A stretch of DNA of 64,000 nucleotides from a virus, in IMG/VR virus record IMGVR_UViG_3300009506_000005, positions 32,001 through 96,000 of that record; one strand, written 5' to 3'. Positions 30,024 through 38,814 of the stretch are shown here, in pieces. The position numbers and the translations under genes were made by a program. Numbering within the stretch: the first letter of the stretch is position 1; each line of letters opens with the position of its first letter. Under the pieces are notes generated by a model. It had not been told where the DNA came from. It saw only the letters and a program-made list of their open reading frames with translations, and searched no databases.

Positions 30024-30404
30024 ATGAGAATCACTGCAAGGGCCCTCGCTGTGGTTGTGCTCCTGGCCGCGCTCGCGTTCTGCGTCGTGGCCTCCGCCGA
30101 CCAGATCGAGATCACCAACCACGAGACGGAGATCGCCGCGGTGGACACCGACAACGTCAGCACCGCCCCGATCGAGGTCTTCAACGGAGGACATCCCCTC
30201 GTCTCCCACGTGGACGACGCCGGGCTGAGCGTGATCGTCTGCCATACGGACGGCCGAGCCGTGGCCACGGCACACGTAAGCGCGACCACTGAGGATGACT
30301 ACTTGAAGGAACAAACATCAACACGGAAGTGGGTGAACGCTTGCTCTGGCGCTACTCTGCCACCGCGGCGTATCCCATTCATCGCTGGATTCGTGGGTGA
30401 GTGA
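30024..30404 (+). CDS. Secreted hypothetical protein
   Basis: Signal peptide; SD AAGGAG. Confidence 0.6.
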   Translation: MRITARALAVVVLLAALAFCVVASADQIEITNHETEIAAVDTDNVSTAPIEVFNGGHPLVSHVDDAGLSVIVCHTDGRAVATAHVSATTEDDYLKEQTSTRKWVNACSGATLPPRRIPFIAGFVGE

Positions 30405-30451
30405 ACTCGTTCTTTCCTAGATTGATGCCCTGACCAGTCAGTACGATCCGA

Positions 30452-31018
30452 TCAATCCGAAAGACGTTTTTCAATGGCAAGGTCCAAAGTGGACAGGGCC
30501 CGGATCCGGTTGCGGAGAGACCGTTTCTTCTCGCGATCGTCCGTGGCCTCCAGCTCGGTGGAGAGATCGCTGATCACCGCGTTGAGCCAAGTGCACGCCC
30601 GCTCCCACTCCAGGCGGGGCATGGCGACGGAGATCAGCTGGGTGCGGCGCTCCTCGTCGTACACATCATCCGCGCGATCCTTACCAATGTCCTGGCGCAT
30701 GGCGAGTACCTCGCGGCCGAGGTCGGTGATCGCGTAGCCGTCTCCAGCCTGTGGAACGTGAACCAGGTTCCTCGTGATGAGCAGCGTCGAAACAGATGGC
30801 AGCTTGTTCCCCTCGGACATGGTGAGGAGATCCCCAATCATCTTGGCGTTGATCGTCTCGGCGAGCATGGCCACCTCCTGAGCGTGCTCCCCGTAGGCGG
30901 TCAGATTCCCGTCTCTCTTCGCCAGGCCGCGTCGCACGAGCTGAGACACTGCATCCGGGCTCGGCTTGATGGTGGGATCCGTGAGACACTCGCGCTCCTC
31001 CTTCGTGAGCTTGATCAT
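30452..31018 (-). CDS. Hypothetical protein, winged-helix-like repeats
   Basis: LVRRGL..LTAYG and YAITDLGREVL. Confidence 0.55.
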   Translation of the reverse strand: MIKLTKEERECLTDPTIKPSPDAVSQLVRRGLAKRDGNLTAYGEHAQEVAMLAETINAKMIGDLLTMSEGNKLPSVSTLLITRNLVHVPQAGDGYAITDLGREVLAMRQDIGKDRADDVYDEERRTQLISVAMPRLEWERACTWLNAVISDLSTELEATDDREKKRSLRNRIRALSTLDLAIEKRLSD

Positions 31019-31674
31019 CGCCCCACCTTCTCGCGGAAGACGGCGACCTTCTTCCTGAGCTTGGCCTCGTACCGCGAAAGCTGCTCGATGGCCTTGCGAA
31101 TTGGAGCGCGCTCCTCCCGCGGAACCAGCACGAGCTTCTCGGAGAAGAGGACCACGGCGCCGGCAAGCGCATCGGCCAGGGCACCCGCATCATCGATCCT
31201 CGGAGGTTCGAGGAGCTGGACGCGGCCGCGTTCCTCCATCTTTGGAACCTCTCCTGGTTCGTCGACAAGCAGCCCACGATCCACGGCCTCCCAGTACGTG
31301 ACCAGGCCACGATCGCTGATCACGTTGCGCTTCTGGTTCCTGTCATACTTGATCAGCCGGTAGCCGCGGAGGATCATCCAGATGTCCGTCTTGACGAAAC
31401 GCCTGGCCCATGTTTTCTCATCATCTGCGAGTATCTTGATAGCCTCGACAATCTTCTCACGGTTCTTCTTTTTTTCGAGCTCGTCCATGGCGCGGATCGC
31501 CTCGGTGCGCAGTTGCCCGGCAGATGTCCGATTCCATGATCGTCCATCTCCTTCCGGAGCCGATTCGAGCAGACCGAGATCGCGCAATTCGATCGCCGTA
31601 TCCGCGCTTCCGGTGATGTCCCCGCGCAGCATGTCCCGCTGCTCGTCCGTGAGCTTGAGGGGCAGGCCGGTCAT
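31015..31674 (-). CDS. Hypothetical protein, winged-helix-like
   Basis: LRDLGLLE...RTSAG; coupled. Confidence 0.55.
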   Translation of the reverse strand: MTGLPLKLTDEQRDMLRGDITGSADTAIELRDLGLLESAPEGDGRSWNRTSAGQLRTEAIRAMDELEKKKNREKIVEAIKILADDEKTWARRFVKTDIWMILRGYRLIKYDRNQKRNVISDRGLVTYWEAVDRGLLVDEPGEVPKMEERGRVQLLEPPRIDDAGALADALAGAVVLFSEKLVLVPREERAPIRKAIEQLSRYEAKLRKKVAVFREKVGR

Positions 31675-31913
31675 CTGGCCTTCCTCTTGGCCAGGGCCGC
31701 GGAAACTGTCTCCGCGATCCCCAGCGCCGTGAGCAGACGGTAGAGCCGCGGACGGTGGATGCCGAGCTCCTGGGCCAAGGCAACCAAGGTCGGCTGCTCG
31801 ATGGACTCCACGGCTGCGAGAACCTCTTCCAGGGCCCGGGCCGCTACCCGGCGATCGAACTTGCTGCGGTTGTCCGTGAAGACGGAGATGGAGTTGGAGT
31901 TGGGGCCGGTCAT
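31671..31913 (-). CDS. Small HTH protein (paralog of 40939-41208)
   Basis: TLVALAQELGIHRPRLYRLL. Confidence 0.65.
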   Translation of the reverse strand: MTGPNSNSISVFTDNRSKFDRRVAARALEEVLAAVESIEQPTLVALAQELGIHRPRLYRLLTALGIAETVSAALAKRKAR

Positions 31914-32305
31914 GATGTGCCCTCCTTGTCCAGGTGCTCGCGGAGGAGCTTGTTGATGCGGCGGGCCATCCTGATCTTCCCCGTCTCGTAGGGATCCCGA
32001 GAGGTCCGCCCTTCGAGTGGCTCGGTCTCGGCCATCACCGCCTTGAGCGCAGCCCCGGTTCTTTCGAGCTCCTCGATGGCCGCCGGCACGCCCTCGGCGA
32101 TCTTGTGCTTGCAGAAGCGCTGCGACAGCGTGTTGCACTGCTCCTCGTACTCGCGCAGGCGCATGATCTCCTTTCCCATGTCCTCGAACACGACGAGAAC
32201 ATGGTTGCAGGCCTTGTGGCCGCACTCCGAGCATTCGACAACCCACTCTCCTCCGACCTTCCTCGTTATGATCTCAGGCATGCGATTCCTCCTTTCTCGG
32301 CCCAC
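31910..32305 (-). CDS. Hypothetical protein
   Basis: Coupled leftward operon; start uncertain. Confidence 0.5.
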   Translation of the reverse strand: MGRERRNRMPEIITRKVGGEWVVECSECGHKACNHVLVVFEDMGKEIMRLREYEEQCNTLSQRFCKHKIAEGVPAAIEELERTGAALKAVMAETEPLEGRTSRDPYETGKIRMARRINKLLREHLDKEGTS

Positions 32306-32726
32306 GCATGACGGCCTTCTCCAGCTGTCTCATGAGGTCTTTCCCGCGCTCCCGCAGGTGCTGGTACCGGTGTTGATGTTTCTTGGCCTCCTCACAGACC
32401 TCACAGAGCTCCTCCGCCTCCATGTCAACCAGGCACGGGTCACGGCCACTATCCAAGCGGCACTCGTTGAGCAGCTCGTTCCGCTTGTTCTTCGACACGA
32501 TCTTCTGGCGCCGGACCTGGACGAGTTCGATGGCGATCTCCTCGATCGTCTTGCCTCGCCTCGGTTCTGGCACCTTGGGCTCAAGCCAGTAGTGCCCTTC
32601 GTGAAAAGGGCACCGGATCGGATTCCTGTTCTCGGCCGCGATCTCTTTCCGCGTGATCGGCTCCTCGTAGACCTCTACGTCCAGCCAGATCTCACGCCCG
32701 CACTTCTGACAGATGAACGCTCTCAC
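32274..32726 (-). CDS. Hypothetical Cys-rich protein
   Basis: CQKC, CEVC. Confidence 0.5.
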   Translation of the reverse strand: MRAFICQKCGREIWLDVEVYEEPITRKEIAAENRNPIRCPFHEGHYWLEPKVPEPRRGKTIEEIAIELVQVRRQKIVSKNKRNELLNECRLDSGRDPCLVDMEAEELCEVCEEAKKHQHRYQHLRERGKDLMRQLEKAVMRGPRKEESHA

Positions 32727-32729
32727 CCA

Positions 32730-33068
32730 TCACCTTCCTTTCTTCCTTCTCGTGAACCCCGCAGTCTGTGAGTCCTCGCACATGAGCTCGCCAGCGGCGC
32801 AGCTAGCTGAGAAGCAGGCATCACAGACGAGCTCGCCTTCCTCCTCCCCATCTCCCTCGCACTCCGAGATGAGACGGAGCAGGTCGTTGTAGCGGAACTC
32901 CACGCGCTCGGCGTGCTCCTTGCAGTTGCTCAGCCATTCCCTGGCCTTGATCGGATCCGGGTTGTCTCCGCGCAGGTGCACCTTCGCTGCGGAAGCCATC
33001 CTCGTCACGAGGTCCGCGTCAGACTGCAACTGGAACGCAGCCTCGGCCGCCAGCTCAAGCTTGGTCAT
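32730..33068 (-). CDS. Hypothetical protein
   Basis: Leftward operon with SD. Confidence 0.55.
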   Translation of the reverse strand: MTKLELAAEAAFQLQSDADLVTRMASAAKVHLRGDNPDPIKAREWLSNCKEHAERVEFRYNDLLRLISECEGDGEEEGELVCDACFSASCAAGELMCEDSQTAGFTRRKKGR

Positions 33069-33239
33069 CGTCTCCCTCCTCGATGGTGTAGACAGCGAAA
33101 CTCGTGGGCGCCGCGTTGCCCATCTTCATACCCTCGATCGCGAGATCCACATCCACGTAGTTCCCCTCCAGCTTGGAGCGGAGCTCTTCCATGGTGATCT
33201 CCTCGCGGTCTCCGTTGTCTTTCCACGTGCGGATGATCT

Positions 33240-33584
33240 TCATCTCATCTCCTTTCTTGATCGCTCCCGGCAATCCGGGCAGCGGTTCAGTAGTTCGGTC
33301 AGAGCTGCGCATCGATCGACACGGAACTCCAGATGCTCATTCGGAAGGTAGGAGAAATCAGGCTGGCTCAGAGGGCTCTCGTGGCGATGTCCACGGCGCA
33401 GCATCTCTGCGGCAAGCTCATCATGGCGCAGCTTGTACGATCCGGGCTCGATCTGGTTTCCCGCAACGCGGCCGGCGATGGAGTGGCGCTTGGCCCAGCT
33501 CGGCATGAACTTGTGGAGTTCGCCGTGCTCGCCGAGTAGGTGACGCTGGCAGAGGATACAGGGATCTGCCATCCACATTCTCAC
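33240..33584 (-). CDS. Pyrimidine-dimer DNA glycosylase / endonuclease V-like protein
   Basis: MRMWMADPCILCQRHLLGEHGELH...RHDELAAEMLRRG; GTGA overlap start. Confidence 0.75.
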   Translation of the reverse strand: MRMWMADPCILCQRHLLGEHGELHKFMPSWAKRHSIAGRVAGNQIEPGSYKLRHDELAAEMLRRGHRHESPLSQPDFSYLPNEHLEFRVDRCAALTELLNRCPDCRERSRKEMR

Positions 33585-34329
33585 GGGAGCACCTCGCAGT
33601 ACTTGGGATCGATGGTAAACACGAAGTGCCGCCGCTCGTAGTCCGTGTCGCCCAAGTAATAGGACCAGCGGTTTTTCAGGTGGCGCGGGTTGTCGGCACA
33701 CCGCGCACGGATGCGCAGCTTGCCGGACAGGGTGCATACGCTGAGCACCTCGCCGCGGGCCACGTTGTAGCCGGTGTTGGGGCAATCGACGCGCACCCAG
33801 TCACCGCGCTGCGGGATAGGTGATTCGAACAGTGGGAGGGTCTGGGTCATTTCTCTCCTAGAGCACGGCGAACGGGTTGAACGAGTCCCCGATGTTGAAG
33901 CGGCCGTGGCGGGTGTCCACCGCGTAGCCGAACTTGTTCCAGATTGCCTTGGCAACCGCGGCGCGATCGCGGCCGGCGGCGAGCCACTTCTGAGCGTAGG
34001 CAACGGCCTCGACCATAGCCAGGCCGATCCGAGTCATTCTCGTAATCGGCCCGGTCTGGGCAGTCCCTCTGTCAAAAGAGAACAGCGCTGGCCACGCAGA
34101 CGGCCACACCTCGCCGCCATAGGATGAAACGTGGCCGTCTTCCGTGTTGACGGATATTTCGCACCACGCCACGCGCCCGTTTCGAGGCGACCATCCGTCG
34201 GCAAGTTCGCCACCTCAAGCCGAACACGCACATAACCAGGAATGCCAGCCTTGTGACCAAAAACTTTGATCATTGGATTTCTCATGTTCCCCTCCAGATT
34301 GGCGCAGAGATCATTCATGGTGATCTTCA

Positions 34330-34719
34330 TCACGCCGCCATCTCGCGCGCGGCCTCGATCTCGCGCTGGCACTGCTCGGCGTAGGCCTTGTTTCCCCACT
34401 TCTCGGCGCGCTTGATCCGGCGAGCTTGCTGCTTCTCGAACGCCGCCAGGACCGCGGTGAAGAGATCGTGCCCGGGGTGCACGCGGATGCGGTCCTTCTC
34501 GAAGTAGTCCTGGTTGTAGTCCGTGTTGTTCTCCACCTCGAACATCTCGTGGATCTCGGCCGGGAACCCGGAGTACTCGCTCGCGTAGATGACCAGCTGG
34601 TCCTTGATCTCGCGCTCGCCGCTGACCCAGTTCTGGATGACCGAGTAGTGCGCCTTCACAAGCTTCTTCTCGCCGTTGATCTTGAGACCGTTGTAGAAAA
34701 ATTTGATCGTGGTTGCCAT
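34330..34719 (-). CDS. Hypothetical early protein
   Basis: IKFFYNGLKING, VENNTDYNQDYFEKDRIRV; strong codon bias. Confidence 0.7.
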   Translation of the reverse strand: MATTIKFFYNGLKINGEKKLVKAHYSVIQNWVSGEREIKDQLVIYASEYSGFPAEIHEMFEVENNTDYNQDYFEKDRIRVHPGHDLFTAVLAAFEKQQARRIKRAEKWGNKAYAEQCQREIEAAREMAA

Positions 34720-34734
34720 GTTCGTTCTCCCTTC

Positions 34735-34971
34735 CTAGAGCACTTCGATGGAGGTGACGCGCTCGGAGCCGCGGTAGTTGACCAGGAACCAGACCGAGGC
34801 GTTGTGGATGTTCTGGATAATGGACATCCGTCCGCCGCGGGGGCCCACGAGGTCCATGCTGAACCCGCCGATCTTCGTGACCGTGAACTTCTTGGTGCCG
34901 TTGATGACGATGTTCGCGCCCTTCGCGATTCCCTGTGTCATGCTGTCCTCCTTGTGTGTCCCCGTTGCCAT
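34735..34971 (-). CDS. Hypothetical early protein
   Basis: LVGPRG motif; SD AAGGAGG suggests the internal ATG is the real start. Confidence 0.6.
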   Translation of the reverse strand: MATGTHKEDSMTQGIAKGANIVINGTKKFTVTKIGGFSMDLVGPRGGRMSIIQNIHNASVWFLVNYRGSERVTSIEVL

Positions 34972-34977
34972 GTTCTA

Positions 34978-35006
34978 AGTATGGACACATTGGCCGAGTG
35001 TGTCAA
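34978..35006 (-). promoter_or_regulatory. Sigma70-like leftward early promoter
   Basis: TTGACA-17-CATACT with an AT-rich UP-like tract upstream. Confidence 0.65.
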
Positions 35007-35239
35007 CCTAAAACAGCAAAAAAATCGAAAAAAGTTACAAGCTGGCGGAATCATGTGAGTTTTAACGCTTAAATAAACGGCGAATTCTGCGACAGGCATG
35101 GACGTCGAGACCCGTACTTGACGGGTACTTGATCGGAAACGGGTTGACCGCCGGCGCCGTCTCGCGGTAGCCTATGGGCCTGGGACCTCCTTTCAGAAGG
35201 CTGTCGCACGGGCCACATACCCGGGCGTCAGTCTGCCCC

Positions 35240-35268
35240 TTGACCGCCCGGCCATTTCCGGCTATCGT
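35240..35268 (+). promoter_or_regulatory. Sigma70-like promoter
   Basis: TTGACC-17-TATCGT; a second TTGACC-18-TAGCCT lies at 35144-35173. Confidence 0.5.
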
Positions 35269-35318
35269 CGGGGTCAGGTAGTTCTAGAAGGCAGACAACT
35301 AGAAAGGGAGGTGGTCAG

Positions 35319-35633
35319 ATGATCATCAAAGTGCAGGCTTCCAAGGACAGGAACAAGTGGTGGTTGATGGACAACCTGGCGAAGGTCAGGTTCCAGGATC
35401 GCGCGGACGTGCTCGAAGATGGAGAGGGGTTCAAGGAGGGTGCCTTCGACATCGATCTGCGCGGGATGCTGAACGAATACGACAACAGGCGGACCGAGTA
35501 CTCCGTGATGGTGGTCCGGGATCGCGACGGCAAGGAGACCTCGGTGCTCTTCGATGGCGTGGCCTACATCATGAACGACCAGGGCGAAACCGTGGAGAAG
35601 GTGGTTGGGAACCTGGAGAAGGAAGGGATGTAG
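35319..35633 (+). CDS. Hypothetical protein
   Basis: AYIMNDQGETVEK motif; SD GGAGGT. Confidence 0.7.
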   Translation: MIIKVQASKDRNKWWLMDNLAKVRFQDRADVLEDGEGFKEGAFDIDLRGMLNEYDNRRTEYSVMVVRDRDGKETSVLFDGVAYIMNDQGETVEKVVGNLEKEGM

Positions 35634-35639
35634 ATTCAA

Positions 35640-35711
35640 TGCGGGGTGACGCAGTGGCAGCGTGTCGGGCTCATAACCCGAAAGTCGGCGGTTCAATTCC
35701 GCCCCCCGCTA
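35640..35711 (+). tRNA. tRNA-fMet (CAT), initiator type
   Basis: Cloverleaf; anticodon arm TCGGG-CTCATAA-CCCGA with three G-C pairs; 1:72 mismatch; T-loop TTCAATT; no encoded CCA. Confidence 0.9.
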
Positions 35712-35911
35712 CAAAGGCCCGTTCGATTCGGGCTCGTTCGCCGAGGGCGTGGTCGCGAAGGGAGCTGGGTTTGACTCCCAGTGATATGTCCGGCGTCACA
35801 GAGGCGCCGGTAACTCCGCAGAGACATATGGCGCGGGCTGCCTCGCTCGTGAGGGACACGGCGGAATCCGAGGTCCTGGAGGCGCTATTTTTTCGATGAA
35901 AGGAGGCTGGC

Positions 35912-36382
35912 ATGAAGTGGGAGGAGACGGAGGCGGACAAGTGCCGCTACGGTGAGATCGCATCGCGCATTTTCGGCGAGGCGGAAATCATCTGGGAGCG
36001 CTCGGAGGCAGGCTACCAGGGATCGGCGAACGTACTGGCGGCGATGCCGGACGGCACCTTCGTTCACTACGAGTGGACCTACGGGTCGTGCTCCGGCTGT
36101 GACGAGTGGGAGGCGCGCGGTCTGTCCGACGATGAGGTCGAGCAGGAGATGCGCAGCGCCATGGCCGTGCTCAAGGACGTGGAGACGCTTCGGAAGTACC
36201 TGCACCTGACCGAGGGATTCGAGGACGCGGAGGCGCCCTCGGCGAACACGCCCACGAACGGCGGAATCGTTGGTCCGCTGCGCGCGCTCTGCGGCACGGA
36301 CGGAACTGAGTTCCAGGCGATGGCCTGCGCCGCGCAAGAGTGGCTGGCGAAGCGGGAGGTGGGCGATGCAGCGCAAGGTTGA
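35912..36382 (+). CDS. Hypothetical phage protein
   Basis: GYQG...YGSCSGCD motif; SD AAAGGAGG. Confidence 0.75.
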   Translation: MKWEETEADKCRYGEIASRIFGEAEIIWERSEAGYQGSANVLAAMPDGTFVHYEWTYGSCSGCDEWEARGLSDDEVEQEMRSAMAVLKDVETLRKYLHLTEGFEDAEAPSANTPTNGGIVGPLRALCGTDGTEFQAMACAAQEWLAKREVGDAAQG

Positions 36383-36656
36383 GACGTTCGATCTGGAGCA
36401 GGCCTACGATGAGAAGATCACCCCGCTCATGGATCAGATCATCGAGATCTGCCAGGAGCACAAGATGCCGATGATCGCGGACTTCATCTACTGCGTCAAT
36501 GATCAAGGGCTCCTGAGCGGTTGCGAGACGCTGCTCAACGGCTTCGAGAACAGACGCATCGACACGATGGACGGCGCGCACAACGCGCTGCGGGCACCCG
36601 CTCGTCTCACGGCGTGGATGGATCCTCCGAGGAATTCTGGAGACGGCCGTGGCTGA
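36366..36656 (+). CDS. Hypothetical phage protein
   Basis: YDEKITPLMDQIIEICQEHKMP. Confidence 0.65.
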   Translation: MQRKVETFDLEQAYDEKITPLMDQIIEICQEHKMPMIADFIYCVNDQGLLSGCETLLNGFENRRIDTMDGAHNALRAPARLTAWMDPPRNSGDGRG

Positions 36657-37503
36657 TCACGACGAAAACGGCGAGGGCTGCCTCCAGGAGAAGTGCCCCT
36701 ACTGCGCTGAGGAGTACTGCCCGATCTGCCAGCCGTGCTTCGCCGCAGCCATCGCGGAGATCGCCGCCAAGGACGAGGTGATCGAGCACGCGCGCCAGGC
36801 CATCGAGGAGGCTGGCTTCCAGAGCATTCACGGCCTGGTCAAGGAGCTCAGCGTCAGGACCAAGGAGCGGGACGAGCTGAGCAAGCGCAACGAGTGGCTA
36901 GAGGAGCGCGTTCCGCATCCAGGGGCTCGGATCGCGTTGAAGGACATGGAGAAGGTGAAGGCCGAACTGGACGACCTGCGCAAGAGGAACGAGATCCTTC
37001 GCAAGGATAATCTTGAGGTCTCGATCGAGCGCTCGGAGAGTGACGAAGTCCGTCGCCGGCAGAAGATAGAGCTGGACCACGCGAAGCGGATGGCCGAGCG
37101 CCTACGCCGTGAGCGGAACGCGCGAGTCAACACGTCGGTCCTGGGCGCACTTTCCGAGGAACTGGAGCAGGACAACCGAGCGAGCGAGGCCAGCGAGGTC
37201 CGGAGCTTGATGCATGAGATCATCGCGGTCCGCGGTGCGAACTCCGGAGACCTGACCTTGCAGAACTCGACGGTGGTTCGCGTTGGCGCTGTCCTTGTTG
37301 GTGATTCCGGAGGCATGCAGTGGGCTGTCCGCGCCACGGCCGTCGGACGCCAGTCGTTCCTTGGAATCACGGTAGACTCCATGTGCGGCCTGAAACTTTC
37401 TGGAAGGGAGGAGCACTACACCATGACGCAGCCGATCACGTGGAGGCCATGGGAAGAGGTGTTCCCGGATCGTTCAGAGCCCGAGGTCGCCGATGGGGAG
37501 TAA
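36649..37503 (+). CDS. Hypothetical coiled-coil protein
   Basis: Coupled ORF. Confidence 0.55.
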   Translation: MADHDENGEGCLQEKCPYCAEEYCPICQPCFAAAIAEIAAKDEVIEHARQAIEEAGFQSIHGLVKELSVRTKERDELSKRNEWLEERVPHPGARIALKDMEKVKAELDDLRKRNEILRKDNLEVSIERSESDEVRRRQKIELDHAKRMAERLRRERNARVNTSVLGALSEELEQDNRASEASEVRSLMHEIIAVRGANSGDLTLQNSTVVRVGAVLVGDSGGMQWAVRATAVGRQSFLGITVDSMCGLKLSGREEHYTMTQPITWRPWEEVFPDRSEPEVADGE

Positions 37504-37762
37504 GCCGACGCTCAGCTGCGAGCCCCCTGACCACGAAGCGTTTCACGAGGGGATGATCGCGAGCAAACAGAGCGATGGAGACCCTGGGGTTGTTTCGAAC
37601 CCATACCCGAAAGGGACCGACAAGTGGTTCTCCTGGAACAGGGGCTGGAACACTCACTACGACAAGAAGTGGAAGGAGCCATCCTTCGAAGGCCTGCACC
37701 GCCAGGCCACGCCGGAGGAGATCGCGGAAGTGGAATCTCAATCTGGTTCAGCCGAGGGTTGA
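37493..37762 (+). CDS. Rmf/CrpP-like small protein
   Basis: AFHEG..A...NPY.....WNRGW pattern. Confidence 0.5.
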   Translation: MGSKPTLSCEPPDHEAFHEGMIASKQSDGDPGVVSNPYPKGTDKWFSWNRGWNTHYDKKWKEPSFEGLHRQATPEEIAEVESQSGSAEG

Positions 37763-37787
37763 CCGCTCCACGCTTCCCGGGTACTAT
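37759..37787 (+). promoter_or_regulatory. Sigma70-like promoter
   Basis: TTGACC-17-TACTAT. Confidence 0.55.
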
Positions 37788-37793
37788 CTGATC

Positions 37794-37869
37794 GCGTCGC
37801 TTGCCACGACGTCTCCTTTCATCGGGGGCGCCCCGGGTTTTCAGCCATTGCTCGGGGCGCCGTTTTTTT
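37794..37869 (+). ncRNA. Candidate ~75 nt small RNA with an anti-Shine-Dalgarno seed
   Basis: Promoter, 5' hairpin, CTCCTTTCATCG, then terminator; no ORF. Confidence 0.45.
37827..37869 (+). terminator. Rho-independent terminator
   Basis: GGCGCCCCGGG / CTCGGGGCGCC stem followed by a T7 run. Confidence 0.75.
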
Positions 37870-37968
37870 GTATCCTGAAAGAAGAAGGGCCGGCCCTAAT
37901 CGGTCGAGGTGAGATTGCTCTGGGAGAGCGGACCGAAGAGGGCCGGCCCGGCAGGGCTCTTCGAACTT

Positions 37969-38172
37969 CTAGCAGGCCACCGGGATGTCGAGCGGGCGCT
38001 TCTTGCAGTGCTTGCCGTTCCGCTCGCTGATCCCGTCCCTGTATCCACGCCTGTAGGCCCGGGCATACGCCCTCAGGGCTCGATCATTGAGGCGCCCCGT
38101 CTCCAGTGCGGGATCCATCGGCGCGCAGCTCAGCGCGTCTTCACGGCCTTTCTCATACGCTCTGCGGTTCAT
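37969..38172 (-). CDS. Small protein with an Rmf-like AYxxG repeat pattern
   Basis: RAYEKGREDA...AYRRGYRDG. Confidence 0.45.
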   Translation of the reverse strand: MNRRAYEKGREDALSCAPMDPALETGRLNDRALRAYARAYRRGYRDGISERNGKHCKKRPLDIPVAC

Positions 38173-38435
38173 GACTTGGTCTCCTTTCCGAGAATCCAAT
38201 CCAGGCCACGATCTATGTTGAGGTCGATCCTGGTCAGTGTTGAGAGTGATCTGCGGATCTTCGTCCGCTGCTCGCTGTCCACGGCGTTGGCGAGCTTATC
38301 TCCGAGCGCCTCCATGGCTACATCCAGGGCCTCGCGCACTTCTTCGAGCGGCAAGAGCCCATCTTCCTCCGGCTCTCCACCGTTCTCCCGCGCCTCCTCG
38401 ATGCCCTGCATGTGGATCTCAGCTTCGATCTTCAT
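38169..38435 (-). CDS. Hypothetical protein
   Basis: Coupled. Confidence 0.5.
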   Translation of the reverse strand: MKIEAEIHMQGIEEARENGGEPEEDGLLPLEEVREALDVAMEALGDKLANAVDSEQRTKIRRSLSTLTRIDLNIDRGLDWILGKETKS

Positions 38436-38811
38436 CTTTCAACTCCTTCATCGCTTGTTTCACAGCGGCCCACGCCTCTTCCTCTGTTCCGTATCCCTTA
38501 CCGCTCAGGCCGTACTCCGTGTCGTATCCGGTGTGCCTGTGGAACGCCCAGTAGCGCCAGCCCACAGCCAGGTGGAGCAGGCGCACGGCGAAGACCGGCT
38601 CACAGCCGGCCGCCACGTTCTCGCACGCTGCGATCACCGATGGCAGGTCGCCGCCGTGGATCTTTTTGAGATCGTGGCCCTTGGCGATCCACTCCTCGCC
38701 CTGGCCGCTTCCGATCCAGATATCGTTCTCACGAACGATCTCGAACATGAATCCGGCGCTCTCGCCGGTTGCGCGAGCCTTGTTGTGGTATGTCCAGTTG
38801 ATGAGGTCCAT
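38419..38811 (-). CDS. Hypothetical protein
   Basis: SD; lies in the amidoligase operon. Confidence 0.5.
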   Translation of the reverse strand: MDLINWTYHNKARATGESAGFMFEIVRENDIWIGSGQGEEWIAKGHDLKKIHGGDLPSVIAACENVAAGCEPVFAVRLLHLAVGWRYWAFHRHTGYDTEYGLSGKGYGTEEEAWAAVKQAMKELKDEDRS

Positions 38812-38814
38812 CGT

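Noticed and set aside
29202-30027. ORFs predicted across the G-rich segment
   Set aside because: Composition-driven W/G/R- or P-rich translations lacking the phage codon pattern
35640-35711. tRNA as a prophage attachment site
   Set aside because: Phage-like genes lie on both sides, and no duplicate tRNA 3' end was seen near the recombinase
37787-37810. Minus-strand micro-ORF behind AAAGGAG
   Set aside because: Only six codons; the plus-strand promoter-terminator unit explains the sequence better, though it is not excluded
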